Below, piece after piece: positions 37,127 through 48,082 of a DNA stretch of 64,000 bases. Position numbers and translations under genes: made by a program. The stretch is from NCBI GenBank assembly GCA_016760525.1, contig JAESUW010000020.1, positions 1,044 to 65,043 on the forward strand, written 5' to 3'. The notes under the pieces were generated by a model. The model was not told the DNA's origin. It made no database searches and worked only from the letters and a program-made list of their open reading frames with translations. Each line of letters begins with the position of its first letter. The first letter of the stretch is position 1. Source of the DNA: Labilibaculum sp. (GTDB taxonomy: Bacteria; Bacteroidota; Bacteroidia; Bacteroidales; Marinifilaceae).

Positions 37127-40100
37127 TTGAAAAAACGAATTAAATATACTCTGACCTTATTAATAGTGTTGTTCTGTAGTGCTTTTGGAAGTAATTACAG
37201 CCTGAATGCTCGTAATTCAAATCCTGAATTTATACATCAAACAACTCAACAGCAGGACACAACAAAACGTGCGAACAGCAAATCCGGCCGTATAGTTAAT
37301 TCTAAATCGCCATTTTACAAAGATAATCCTGATGCAAAAGACAATTCTCTTCGTTATCCGTTTGATGATGTAAACGATAATCAAGAGTATGGCTCTCAAA
37401 AGCAATCTCCTTTATACCTTAAGGACCCAAAAAATATTCTAACCTCGATTAAGTATGATCCTGTTAGCGGAAATTATATTTTGGTAACCAGAGTTGGTGG
37501 TGTGGATTATCGCCGTCCTATAAGCATGACGGCAGAAGAGTATAAGAAATATGAAGCAGAGAAATCTCTTCGGGATTATTGGATGGAACGAAGCCGAAGC
37601 GATGGTGCCGGGGGCAGTAACGAGTTGGTTCCGGATTTGAAATTAGGCGGCCAATTTGTCGATAAAATCTTCGGAAGTAACACCATTTCTATAAAACCAC
37701 AAGGATCAGCGGAATTAACTTTTGGTATTAATACAACTAAGGTAGAGAATCCAACTCTTCCCGTGAACCTTCGAAAAACAACAAGTTTCGATTTTGATGA
37801 GAAAATTCAGATGAACGTTACTGGTACAGTTGGTGAGAAGTTGAAAATGGATGTGAATTACAATACCGAGGCAACTTTCGATTTCGAAAACCAAATGAGA
37901 TTGGAGTATTCTGGTGATGAAGATGAAATTATTAAGAAAATTGAAGCTGGAAATGTTTCAATGCCAATTTCAAATACACTGATTACAGGCGGACAAAATT
38001 TATTTGGAGTAAAGGCTCAATTACAATTCGGAAAACTATCTGTTACTTCTATTTTTTCGCAGCAAAAAGGAGAAACCAGTGTTATTGAAATGGAGAATGG
38101 AGCACAAAAAAATGAATTTGAGATTTCTGTAGATAAATATGAAGCTAATCGACATTTTTTCCTTTCAAAATATTTTTACGATCATTACGATCAATCTTTA
38201 CGAAATTTACCGGTTATCAATTCTGGAGTTTCAATTAATAAAGTTGAAGTTTGGGTAACTAACAAAACTTCTAATTTTCAAAATTCACGTAACTTTGTTG
38301 CCTATATCGATTTGGCTGAAAATGGAGCTAATATTTCTAATCCATCTCAATTTTCACAAATAGGAACAGGAGATTTGCCAAACAATGAGTTGAATGATCT
38401 CTATCAGCAAATGACAACGACCTACTCAGGTATTAGAGATATTAATCAGGTTACAAGTACTCTCTCTTCTTTGGCTCCAGGATTTGTTAGTGGAACTGAT
38501 TATGAGAAAGTTGAAAATGCACGTAAACTTTCAGAATCTGAATATACGGTAAATGAAAAATTGGGTTATATCTCTTTAAATCACGCATTAAATGCCGATG
38601 AAGTTTTGGCGGTTTCGTTTGAATATACACACAGAGGTCAGGTGTTTAGGGTTGGAGAATTTACCAGCGATGGTGTAAGTGCTCCTCAAACACTTATCAT
38701 GAAATTGTTGAAAGGAACGAACTTAAGTCCTCGAATGCCAACTTGGAAGTTGATGATGAAGAACATCTACAATATTGGTGCTTATCAAGTTAATCCTGAC
38801 GATTTTATTTTAAATATATTGTATCAGAATGATAATGCTGGAACAGGACTAAACTATTTATCGGAAGGAGACATTAAAAATGAAATTCTGCTCGAAGTTT
38901 TAAATCTAGATAATCTGAATTCGCAATTGGATCCCGGTGCTGATGGAATGTTCGATTTTATTAATGGAATTACAATTTATTCTACAAATGGAAGAATTAT
39001 ATTCCCGGAAATTGAACCGTTTGGGTCTTACTTAAGAACTAAGATTAATAATGATGCTATTGCAGATAAGTATGTGTTCGAAGAGCTTTATGAATTAACA
39101 CAGAATGAAGCACAGCAAATTGCTGAAAAAAATAAGTTTAGTTTAAAGGGAAGTTATAAATCATCTACAAGTTCGGAAATTTCGTTGAATGCTTTAAATG
39201 TGGAGCCAGGTTCGGTTAGAGTTAAAGCTGGCGGTAGAGAGTTAATAGAGAATATTGATTATACGGTTGATTATACTTTAGGCAGGGTAAAGATTATTAA
39301 CCAAAGTTTATTGGAATCAAGTACTCCAATCTCGATTTCTTCAGAGAACAATTCCCTTTTTAATATTCAGACAAAGACATTGATGGGAGTTCAAATGGAT
39401 TATCAGTTTAACGATGATTTCAATTTGGGAGCTACAATGATGCATCTTTCAGAGCAACCATTAACTCAGAAAGTGAATATTGGCGATGAGCCAATTTCAA
39501 ATACAATTTGGGGTTTAAATGGTAGTTATAGAACAGAATCGCAGTTCTTGACTCGTATGGTGGATAAAATTCCGTTTATCGAAACAAAAGAGCCTTCATC
39601 AATTGCTGTTGAAGGTGAATTTGCACAATTGGTTCCAGGTCATAACAAAGCAATTGGAAGTTCAGGAACAGCATATATTGATGATTTTGAAGGAACAGAA
39701 ACTTCAATTGATATGAAGAGTTTGAGCTCTTGGGTTTTGGCTAGTACGCCACAAAATAATGATCTTATGTTTCCGGAAGGAAATTTGAATAACGATTTGG
39801 CATATGGTTTTAATCGTGCAAAATTAGCATGGTACATAATCGACCCGTTATTCTTGCGAAACAGTTCTGCAACACCCGGGCATATCAAATCTGATAAAGA
39901 ACAACAATCGAATCATTTTGTTCGAGAGATATTTGAAGAAGAAATTTGGCCAAATAAAGAAAGAGCTTCTGGAGTTCCTACTAATATTTCGGTACTGAAT
40001 ATGGCGTATTATCCTGAAGAAAAAGGTCCTTATAATTTTGATGTTGATGGACAAGCAGGGATTTCTCAAGGTATGAATTTTGATGGTACTCTTAAAGTTC

Positions 40101-43100
40101 CGGAATCAAGATGGGGTGGTGTCATGAGAAAAATTGAAACCAACGATTTTGAAGCAGCCAACATTGCTTATATAGAGTTCTGGATGATGGATCCATTTGT
40201 GTATGATCCAGATCATAAAGGAGGAGATTTGTATTTTAATCTTGGTAATATTTCTGAAGATATATTAAGAGATTCGCGAAAGTCATTTGAGAATGGTTTG
40301 CCAACGGATGAAATTGTTACTTTGGTAGATAGTACAAAATGGGGGCGGGTTCCTTTGGTACAATCTTTAGTAAACGCTTTTGATAACAATACAAACTCAA
40401 GAAGATATCAGGATGTTGGATTGGATGGTTTAAGTTCGGATGATGAGCTGAGTTTTTATAAAGAATACATTCAGGCAATAAGTATTTCAGCAAATATGGG
40501 AGCTGGTTCACCAGCATATGTTTTAGCTCAAAATGATCCTTCAAATGATGATTATCATTATTTTAGAGGTGCAGATTATGATAGTGATGAGCTGAGTATT
40601 TTGGAGCGTTACAAGAAGTATAACGGACCTGAAGGCAATTCACCAACATCGGAGCTTTCGGGAAGTTCATATCCTACATCAGCAACTACACTGCCAGATG
40701 TTGAGGATATTAATCACGATAATACTTTGAGTGAAACTGAAGCCTATTATCAGTATAAAGTGCATTTAGCTCCGACCGAAATGCAGGTGGGGCAAAACTT
40801 TATTGTTGATAAAGTAACGAGCAATGTTGATTTGGCAAATGGAACAAATGGTTCAGTGGATTGGTATCAGTTTAAGATTCCTGTAGATGAGTTTGAAGAT
40901 ATTTATGGTAATATAAGTGGCTTTACATCCATTCGTTTCATGAGGATGTTCATGAAAGATTTTGAAGAGGATGTAGTTCTTCGATTCGCAACTCTTGGTT
41001 TAGTTCGTGCTGATTGGAGAAGATATGATCAATCTATAAATGAAGATGAATTTGATCTTTCTTCTTCGGATGCTGGATTTGATATTACCGCAGTGAATAT
41101 TGAAGAAAATGCGAGTAAGGAACCCGTAAATTATATTTTACCTCCAGGAATCGATAGAGTTGTTGATCCAAGTAATCCTCAATTAATTCAATTGAATGAG
41201 CAAGCCATATTGTTGAAGATTACCGATTTGGAAGATGGAAAAGGAAAAGGGGCTTATAAAACTCTTAACATGGACATCAGAAAATACGGTAAACTTAAAA
41301 TGGATGTTCATGCAGAAGAAATTAAAGGCTTTTCCGTTCGGGATAAAGAAGTGAGTGTGTTTATTCGTATCGGATCGGATTATCAGGACAACTACTACGA
41401 ATATGAAATTCCATTAAAGTTAACTCCAGCCGGTCTTTACAATGGAGATAATGAGGATGACCGATTGATAGTTTGGCCGGAAGAAAATCGTTTTGATTTT
41501 AAACTTCGTTTGTTTCAAACCATAAAGCAACTGCGAAATGATGCCATTAGAGAAGTTGGTTCTACTATTGAATATTCTACTGTTTATGACTTAACTGTTG
41601 GCGAATTATCAAGTGATTCTGATCCTGTGCATGAAGGAGATATTGTTAGAATAAAAGGAAATCCAAACATGGGGGATGTTAAAACCATTATGATTGGTAT
41701 TAAAAATCCAACTAATGATGCTACAGGAATAGATGACAATCTTCCAAAATCGGTTGAAGTATGGCTGAATGAATTACGATTAACGGATTTTGATGAAGAA
41801 GGAGGTTGGGCAGCTAACCTTCGTGTAACCACGAAACTGGCCGATTTTGGTACTATTACTTGGGCAGGTAGTAAAATTACATCAGGTTTTGGAGGGATAG
41901 AAGATGGTGTTAATGATCGATACAAAGATGATATATTTCAATATGATTTATCTGCTAGTTTTGAGTTAGGTAAATTTTTCCCTGAAAAATCAGGTGTTCG
42001 TATTCCTTTGTATTATGCTATTTCTGAAGAAACTATAAGTCCGGAATACAATCCGTTAGATCCGGATATTCCTTTGGATATTGCATTAGAGAATGCTAAA
42101 ACTAAAACAGAGCGGGACTCAATCAAGAAAATGTCTCAGGAATATACAAAAAGAAAGAGTTTTAATCTTACCAATGTTCGGATTGAAAAATCAGAAGGGA
42201 AACCAAAATTACTCGATATTTCGAATTTATCTCTTACTTATTCATATAATGAAACCTACTCTCGAAATGTAAATACAGTTCGTGATTTGGAAAAGAATTA
42301 CAGAGGAGTAATTAGTTATAATTATAACAATCGTCCGAAGAATATTCAGCCATTTAAGAGAGTAAAGGCCTTTCGAAAGCCTGTGTTCCGATTGTTGAAA
42401 GATTTTAATTTCTACTATCTGCCAACGCAACTGTCTTTTCGATCAGATATTCAGCGTTATTATCGTGAAATCGAGAAAAGAAATATTGAAGAACCTGGAT
42501 TAAAAATCAAGCCAACTTTCGATAAGGATTTTATTTGGTATCGTTATTACGATTTAAAGTACAATCTTACAAAAGGACTGAAATTTAGTTTTTCAGCAAC
42601 CAATACATCCCGAATCGATGAACCTGATGGAATTGTTGACAAGGATAGAGATCGTGAAACCTACAATATCTGGAAAGATTCTATTTGGAATAATGTAATG
42701 GATGGTGGCCGAAACATTCAATATCATCATAATTTTAATGTAACCTATACGCTGCCTGTTAATAAAATACCTTGGTTTAACTGGACTTCGGTTACCGCAA
42801 GATACGCAGGTGCTTACGACTGGAATGCCGGTGCAATTACCGCTGATACTATTGAGCTGGGAAATACCATACGAAATTCAAATAATATTCAGGTAAACGG
42901 GCAGTTGAACTTGGTTAATCTGTATAACAAAGTAGGTGTATTGAAAAAGATAAACCGAAAGTATAGTTCCAATCGTAAATACAAGAAGAAAACACAAAAT
43001 TACAAGAAGGTTAATTTTGAAAGTACAGTTAAGGAATTAAAAGCAGGAATACCTACTTCGATATATCACAAATTATCAACGGAGGATATTTCGATTAAAG

Positions 43101-44656
43101 TTTACGACACCCAAGGGAAGGAAGTAAAGGTTAAAGTAAAATCTGTTACAGGAAACAGAGCTAAGATCACCTCGAGCAAAAATGTTAAAAATGTTCGGGT
43201 AAGAGTAAATGGAAAGGTTTCTGAAAGTGATGGAATCTTTGCACTAATAGGTGAAAATTTTCTGAGGACATTAATGAGTGTTCGTAATATTTCAATTAAT
43301 TATTCTGAGATAAACTCAACCACTTTACCAGGATATTTACCGCAAACGAATTATTTTGGTGGTGAATCATACAATGGAACGAAGGCTCCGGGCTTTAACT
43401 TCTTAATTGGTAATCAAGATACTAATTTTGCTAGAAGTGCCACAGAAAAAGGTTGGGTAACCACGGATGAAGCATTGAATGAGCCATATGTAATGAGTCA
43501 TACACAGAATTTTACTATCAGGAGCACCATTGAACCAGTAAAAGGACTAAAAATTGATCTCACAGCAAATCGTAATTATTCAAGAAATAGAAGTGAATAT
43601 TATATTTACGATTCGGGAGAGGATCGTTTTAGTGCCGAAAACCTTGTTAAATCAGGTAACTTTAGCATGAGTTTTTTAAGTTTAAAATCTGCATTCTTTA
43701 CCATAGGCAATACAGGAGATTATTCCTCGGTATATTTCGATGAATTTTTAGAGAATAGAAAATTGGAGTCATCAAGATTGGCAAAGGAACGTTATGGAGA
43801 TGGTTTTGAAAGTTTCTCATTATTGGATGATAAAGGCGAGGAAACAGGTTTTTATGAAGGATATGGTGCTACTTCTCAAGAAGTATTAATTCCAGCTTTC
43901 TTAAAGGCATACGGAAATGGAGGAAAAGGATATAATAAATTGTTCCCCACTATTTTTCGTATGAAGCCAAATTGGAGAGTTAATTTTGAAGGTTTATCAA
44001 AATTACCATTTATTAAGAGGTATTTTAAATCAATTAATTTGAGTCATTCATATAATGCTACATATGATGTTGGTTCATACAATACCAACTTAACATACGA
44101 GGAAGGTGATGATGGTTTTAGTATTATTCAGGATATGGCTGATAATTTCCTGCCACTTTATGAAGCCAATTCAATTTCGATAAATGAACAGTTTAATCCG
44201 CTGATTAATATTGATATGATCTGGAAGAATAACTTCTCAACCAGCTTTGAAATTAAACGTACAAGGAATTTAATTTTGAGTTTGTCCAATACTCAGCTTA
44301 CAGAAGTGGCATCGAATGAAATGATTTTTGGTTTGGGATATCGATTTGACGATTTCGGGATGATAATTGGATCCGGTTCAAAACAGAAAAAATACAAGAG
44401 TGATTTGAATCTGCGAGGAGACTTATCCATACGTAAGAATAATACAATTATTAGAAAAATTGTTGATGAAGTGGATCAGTTAACATCTGGCCAAAAAGTA
44501 GTATCATTGAAGTTTAGTGCAGACTATGTTTTAAGTAATCGATTCAATTTAAGACTATATTACGATCGTATCGTGAATACACCTTATGTTTCACTTTCGT
44601 ACCCAACTACTACAACCGAATTTGGTGCTAGTATTCGATTTACTCTTTCTAATTAG
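37127..44656 (+). CDS. sprA: Type IX secretion outer-membrane translocon SprA/Sov
   Basis: 2509 aa; FDFDEKI, NYNTEATFDF, EAGNVS, YIDDFEG and VWLNELRL motifs; conserved ruvA-sprA-gcvH synteny. Confidence 0.95.
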   Translation: MKKRIKYTLTLLIVLFCSAFGSNYSLNARNSNPEFIHQTTQQQDTTKRANSKSGRIVNSKSPFYKDNPDAKDNSLRYPFDDVNDNQEYGSQKQSPLYLKDPKNILTSIKYDPVSGNYILVTRVGGVDYRRPISMTAEEYKKYEAEKSLRDYWMERSRSDGAGGSNELVPDLKLGGQFVDKIFGSNTISIKPQGSAELTFGINTTKVENPTLPVNLRKTTSFDFDEKIQMNVTGTVGEKLKMDVNYNTEATFDFENQMRLEYSGDEDEIIKKIEAGNVSMPISNTLITGGQNLFGVKAQLQFGKLSVTSIFSQQKGETSVIEMENGAQKNEFEISVDKYEANRHFFLSKYFYDHYDQSLRNLPVINSGVSINKVEVWVTNKTSNFQNSRNFVAYIDLAENGANISNPSQFSQIGTGDLPNNELNDLYQQMTTTYSGIRDINQVTSTLSSLAPGFVSGTDYEKVENARKLSESEYTVNEKLGYISLNHALNADEVLAVSFEYTHRGQVFRVGEFTSDGVSAPQTLIMKLLKGTNLSPRMPTWKLMMKNIYNIGAYQVNPDDFILNILYQNDNAGTGLNYLSEGDIKNEILLEVLNLDNLNSQLDPGADGMFDFINGITIYSTNGRIIFPEIEPFGSYLRTKINNDAIADKYVFEELYELTQNEAQQIAEKNKFSLKGSYKSSTSSEISLNALNVEPGSVRVKAGGRELIENIDYTVDYTLGRVKIINQSLLESSTPISISSENNSLFNIQTKTLMGVQMDYQFNDDFNLGATMMHLSEQPLTQKVNIGDEPISNTIWGLNGSYRTESQFLTRMVDKIPFIETKEPSSIAVEGEFAQLVPGHNKAIGSSGTAYIDDFEGTETSIDMKSLSSWVLASTPQNNDLMFPEGNLNNDLAYGFNRAKLAWYIIDPLFLRNSSATPGHIKSDKEQQSNHFVREIFEEEIWPNKERASGVPTNISVLNMAYYPEEKGPYNFDVDGQAGISQGMNFDGTLKVPESRWGGVMRKIETNDFEAANIAYIEFWMMDPFVYDPDHKGGDLYFNLGNISEDILRDSRKSFENGLPTDEIVTLVDSTKWGRVPLVQSLVNAFDNNTNSRRYQDVGLDGLSSDDELSFYKEYIQAISISANMGAGSPAYVLAQNDPSNDDYHYFRGADYDSDELSILERYKKYNGPEGNSPTSELSGSSYPTSATTLPDVEDINHDNTLSETEAYYQYKVHLAPTEMQVGQNFIVDKVTSNVDLANGTNGSVDWYQFKIPVDEFEDIYGNISGFTSIRFMRMFMKDFEEDVVLRFATLGLVRADWRRYDQSINEDEFDLSSSDAGFDITAVNIEENASKEPVNYILPPGIDRVVDPSNPQLIQLNEQAILLKITDLEDGKGKGAYKTLNMDIRKYGKLKMDVHAEEIKGFSVRDKEVSVFIRIGSDYQDNYYEYEIPLKLTPAGLYNGDNEDDRLIVWPEENRFDFKLRLFQTIKQLRNDAIREVGSTIEYSTVYDLTVGELSSDSDPVHEGDIVRIKGNPNMGDVKTIMIGIKNPTNDATGIDDNLPKSVEVWLNELRLTDFDEEGGWAANLRVTTKLADFGTITWAGSKITSGFGGIEDGVNDRYKDDIFQYDLSASFELGKFFPEKSGVRIPLYYAISEETISPEYNPLDPDIPLDIALENAKTKTERDSIKKMSQEYTKRKSFNLTNVRIEKSEGKPKLLDISNLSLTYSYNETYSRNVNTVRDLEKNYRGVISYNYNNRPKNIQPFKRVKAFRKPVFRLLKDFNFYYLPTQLSFRSDIQRYYREIEKRNIEEPGLKIKPTFDKDFIWYRYYDLKYNLTKGLKFSFSATNTSRIDEPDGIVDKDRDRETYNIWKDSIWNNVMDGGRNIQYHHNFNVTYTLPVNKIPWFNWTSVTARYAGAYDWNAGAITADTIELGNTIRNSNNIQVNGQLNLVNLYNKVGVLKKINRKYSSNRKYKKKTQNYKKVNFESTVKELKAGIPTSIYHKLSTEDISIKVYDTQGKEVKVKVKSVTGNRAKITSSKNVKNVRVRVNGKVSESDGIFALIGENFLRTLMSVRNISINYSEINSTTLPGYLPQTNYFGGESYNGTKAPGFNFLIGNQDTNFARSATEKGWVTTDEALNEPYVMSHTQNFTIRSTIEPVKGLKIDLTANRNYSRNRSEYYIYDSGEDRFSAENLVKSGNFSMSFLSLKSAFFTIGNTGDYSSVYFDEFLENRKLESSRLAKERYGDGFESFSLLDDKGEETGFYEGYGATSQEVLIPAFLKAYGNGGKGYNKLFPTIFRMKPNWRVNFEGLSKLPFIKRYFKSINLSHSYNATYDVGSYNTNLTYEEGDDGFSIIQDMADNFLPLYEANSISINEQFNPLINIDMIWKNNFSTSFEIKRTRNLILSLSNTQLTEVASNEMIFGLGYRFDDFGMIIGSGSKQKKYKSDLNLRGDLSIRKNNTIIRKIVDEVDQLTSGQKVVSLKFSADYVLSNRFNLRLYYDRIVNTPYVSLSYPTTTTEFGASIRFTLSN

Positions 44657-44829
44657 AGAGTTATTTTTTGTCTAATTGACTGGTGTTTATACGTTTTGGT
44701 TTTGACTGGGTGGTATGAATAAGAATAAGTTGTAAAACATTCAAATCTGTTTGGGCTGATATTTTATAATTAAAAAAAAAATGTAAATTTGGACAGTAAT
44801 TTAATACTCTTAATAAACAACATACTATC

Positions 44830-45204
44830 ATGAATGTACCTGAAAATTTAAAGTACACTAAAGACCACGAGTGGGTTCGTATTGAAGGCGAAGATGCTTT
44901 TATTGGTGTTACCGACTTTGCTCAAGGAGAGCTTGGAGATATCGTTTTTGTTGAAGTTGAAACAGAAGGCGAGGAACTTGAAAAAGAAGAAATATTTGGA
45001 ACTATTGAGGCCGTAAAAACTGTTTCCGACATGTTTATGCCAATTGGTGGAGAAGTGTTGGAATTCAATGAAAGATTAGAAGAAGCTCCAGATCTTATCA
45101 ATACGGATCCTTACGGTGAAGGTTGGATCGTAAAGGTGAAAATTACTGATACTGCTGATTTAGAAGAATTATTGTCTGCAGATCAATATAAAGCATTATT
45201 GTAA
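44830..45204 (+). CDS. gcvH: Glycine cleavage system H protein
   Basis: [15 protein letters not shown] lipoyl-Lys and NTDPYGEGW motifs. Confidence 0.97.
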   Translation: MNVPENLKYTKDHEWVRIEGEDAFIGVTDFAQGELGDIVFVEVETEGEELEKEEIFGTIEAVKTVSDMFMPIGGEVLEFNERLEEAPDLINTDPYGEGWIVKVKITDTADLEELLSADQYKALL

Positions 45205-45227
45205 TACTATTTTATCTGTTAATTTAC

Positions 45228-45303
45228 TCTTACGATAGATGTTTTAAAATTCAGTAACAAACGAAGTGCAGTTACTGAGTAATTTAAACACAAATCGCTA
45301 AGA
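45228..45303. repeat. Long imperfect palindrome with bulges
   Basis: Nested arms TCTTACGAT/ATCGCTAAGA, TGTTTTAAA/TTTAAACA and TCAGTAAC/GTTACTGA around the loop AAACGAAGTGCA. Confidence 0.5.
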
Positions 45304-45319
45304 ATTCAATGCTATAACG

Positions 45320-45354
45320 AAATCCTCATGCAATTTGGGTGAGGATTTTTTTTT
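45320..45354 (+). terminator. Terminator after gcvH
   Basis: AAATCCTCA / TGAGGATTT plus long T-tract. Confidence 0.75.
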
Positions 45355-45413
45355 GCGTTAATATTTATCGAATAGGTTTCTTGTGTTTGTTAAAGAATAT
45401 TATTTTACAAAAC

Positions 45414-46160
45414 CTATAGCGATAACCATTTTTTAAAGGAACCAAGCTTTTCGATAGCAACTATTGCATCATCATTAAGAGAAGCAGGTTTTAATTTTAA
45501 TTTAATCCTTGATTTTGAGGTATAGTACAATTGTTGTATTGAATCCAAATGCACAATGTATTTACGGCTAATCCTAAAAAAAAGATTTGGATCAACTATT
45601 TCCTCTATCTTTTTCAGGCTATAGTCAATGGGAAATGATTTTCCATTCCATTGTCGTATAAAACTTAGTTTGTCTTCGGTGTAAAAGAATGCAATATCTT
45701 CAACAGGAATAATAATGAGCTGCTTGTTAATTTTTACAAGAAACCGTTTTTTGGCTTGTGTGTAATTACCAACATGAAGGGCTTTGTAATTGGGCGTTTG
45801 CCAATCTTTTAGGTTGATGTATTTGTCAATGCTTTTTTTCAGTTCTTTTTTATCAATCGGTTTCACCAAATAGTCGATACTGTTTTGTTCAAATGCTTTA
45901 ATGGCATATTCCGAATAAGCGGTTGTAAATATAATTGGTGTTTTTATACTTATCGACTCAAAAATTTCAAAAGCATACCCGTCAGATAAATTTATATCCA
46001 TAAAAATTAGGTCTGCTTCGTTTTGGGATAAATATGATATCGACTCTTTTACGGAGGAAAGAAGTTTGGTAATTACAATATCTTTATTGATTTCCTGTAT
46101 GATTTTTTGAAGACGAATGGCTGCCAATTCTTCATCTTCTATTATTATTGTATGTATCAT
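45414..46160 (-). CDS. LytTR family response regulator
   Basis: IIIEDE, FMDINL, FTTAY and DYLVKP receiver motifs; FFRISR LytTR domain. Confidence 0.93.
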   Translation of the reverse strand: MIHTIIIEDEELAAIRLQKIIQEINKDIVITKLLSSVKESISYLSQNEADLIFMDINLSDGYAFEIFESISIKTPIIFTTAYSEYAIKAFEQNSIDYLVKPIDKKELKKSIDKYINLKDWQTPNYKALHVGNYTQAKKRFLVKINKQLIIIPVEDIAFFYTEDKLSFIRQWNGKSFPIDYSLKKIEEIVDPNLFFRISRKYIVHLDSIQQLYYTSKSRIKLKLKPASLNDDAIVAIEKLGSFKKWLSL

Positions 46161-47200
46161 AATTCTGGTTCAATTAAGGGGATTCTTGCAATGTATTCGT
46201 TGTTTTCTATAAAGAAAACAGGCAATTCCTGGTTGATTAAACGGTATCGGTTTATTAAGTTTTGTTGTCCAATTCCTCCATTTTCGGTAGTTCCTGCTTT
46301 TTTAGGCTGATAGTTGTTCGAAATTTGAATAAAATTACGATATGTGGATATTTTGATTTTTAACGGCGAGCTTTTTTCAATAATGTTATGCTTTATGGAA
46401 TTTTCAATCAGAACTTCTAAAGACATTGGGGGGAGTAGCATACCTAATTTATCAGCATTAATTAATTTTTCAATAATCAGGTTTTCCCCATACCGGATTT
46501 TTTGCAGGGTTATGTATGAGTTGATTAGTTTTAGTTCTTTTTTTAAGCTAACTACAGTTTCTTCACTTTGATATAAAATATATCTGTATATATTAGCGAG
46601 TTCCTGTAAAAAAAATTCAGCTTTTTCCTGGTTGGTCGATATTAAACTAATCAGGCTGTTAAAACTATTAAACAGAAAGTGTGGGTTTATTTGGTTTTTT
46701 AACGCATTGTATTTGGCAATAGATTTTTCTTGCTCTAATTTACCCAGCAAGAGTTTAATTTTTTGCTGTTCTATTTGTGTTTCTATGAATGCTTCCAATA
46801 TGTAAACAAGTATAACTATAAATAGAGTACTGATAAATATAACCCAAAACATTGAATCGAAAAGGGGTTCTCCCGGGTCATCATTGAAAAACAGGATTGA
46901 GATAAAATCAAATATAAAACAGAATATTATTGATTTTACAACAATTAAAGAAACCCAGAAAATATTTTCGTTAAAATTGGCCTTGCAGATTATTTTTTTG
47001 TATAAACTACTTTTTTTTATTTGAAAACGAAGCATATACACACCAATAATAAAGAAGTAAGTTGAAGGCAGAAGCACAAGAATTTCAACAATAGCTTCTT
47101 GTATGCCTTCATCTTCAAGTTCTTCAAAAAAATTTAGTGCATTTACTAACAAACTAATCAGTAAATAAAAGTATATCCTGTTTTTTTCAAACTTTATCAT
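46157..47200 (-). CDS. LytS-type sensor histidine kinase
   Basis: About 4 TM helices, LKNQINPHFLFNS, IENSIKHN and GIG..NL motifs. Confidence 0.9.
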   Translation of the reverse strand: MIKFEKNRIYFYLLISLLVNALNFFEELEDEGIQEAIVEILVLLPSTYFFIIGVYMLRFQIKKSSLYKKIICKANFNENIFWVSLIVVKSIIFCFIFDFISILFFNDDPGEPLFDSMFWVIFISTLFIVILVYILEAFIETQIEQQKIKLLLGKLEQEKSIAKYNALKNQINPHFLFNSFNSLISLISTNQEKAEFFLQELANIYRYILYQSEETVVSLKKELKLINSYITLQKIRYGENLIIEKLINADKLGMLLPPMSLEVLIENSIKHNIIEKSSPLKIKISTYRNFIQISNNYQPKKAGTTENGGIGQQNLINRYRLINQELPVFFIENNEYIARIPLIEPEL

Positions 47201-48078
47201 TTTAATTCTTCTATTAAAATCGTATCCGTTACCACATCGGTAGCATAAAAATATCCCAGTGGCCGATTATCTTTGTTTGTTAAATTTACAATATTACTTC
47301 GAATTGATGCTGGTGGAGGATTTCCCACAAAAGACATTCCCTGGTTACCGGTTTGAACAAATAACTGGTACAAATACTTATAGTAGGCTTTTGATATGCC
47401 AAGTTGTTGTGCAGTTGCTATTTCCCCGGGTACAAAGCTTACCTCTTCGTTAGGATTTATCCCAATACGTTTTTGCCCGTCAAAAAATTCGTCCGACTCA
47501 ACTAAAGTCATATTATTTCCCGGGTCGGGCACAATGGTAAATACACCATTAACAAATATTCTATAGTAATAATAGTTTTCTACTCCAGCTGGGTCTGTAC
47601 AATCAAATTTAATAAAATACCCCTCATCGGTAAAAATTGTTTCTTCTTCAAATTCGTAGTAAAAACGGTCAAAAGATGGTACCTCATTTAGCTTGTCGCT
47701 TCCTTCATAAACTTCACCTTTCCAATTAATACTGATTTTGTATTCTTTGTTAATTTTAGGGGTTAATTCATCGGTTTCGTAGTATCCATCGGCAGTGTAA
47801 ACCAAATCGTACGTAGTTAGACCATCAGTAATTACAACTGTTGCATCCTTTATTACCTCCACATTTTCATCCGACAAGTAATTTGCAGTTGTAGTAAGCC
47901 TTATTTTTTGTTTTTGGTTAAGATTTTCCCTGTTTCTTTCTACGCCACCTTCAATTACTAAACGTTTAGGGGCTGCAGGCAAGTCTATATCATTTGTTAC
48001 GTCTGTTTCGCAGGACATTAATAAAATAAAGAAACTAAGTAAATATACTTTTTGGATATTTATTGTAATTCTTTTCAT
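47197..48078 (-). CDS. DUF4249 family lipoprotein
   Basis: Lipobox LMSC, LVIEG, DPAGVENYY and PPA.I.SNI...LGYF motifs; follows a TonB-dependent receptor. Confidence 0.82.
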   Translation of the reverse strand: MKRITINIQKVYLLSFFILLMSCETDVTNDIDLPAAPKRLVIEGGVERNRENLNQKQKIRLTTTANYLSDENVEVIKDATVVITDGLTTYDLVYTADGYYETDELTPKINKEYKISINWKGEVYEGSDKLNEVPSFDRFYYEFEEETIFTDEGYFIKFDCTDPAGVENYYYYRIFVNGVFTIVPDPGNNMTLVESDEFFDGQKRIGINPNEEVSFVPGEIATAQQLGISKAYYKYLYQLFVQTGNQGMSFVGNPPPASIRSNIVNLTNKDNRPLGYFYATDVVTDTILIEELK

Positions 48079-48082
48079 CACA

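Noticed and set aside
45205-45320. Possible integron attC site
   Set aside because: GTT and AAC cores are in the wrong order on both strands and no integrase is nearby; kept only as a generic palindrome.
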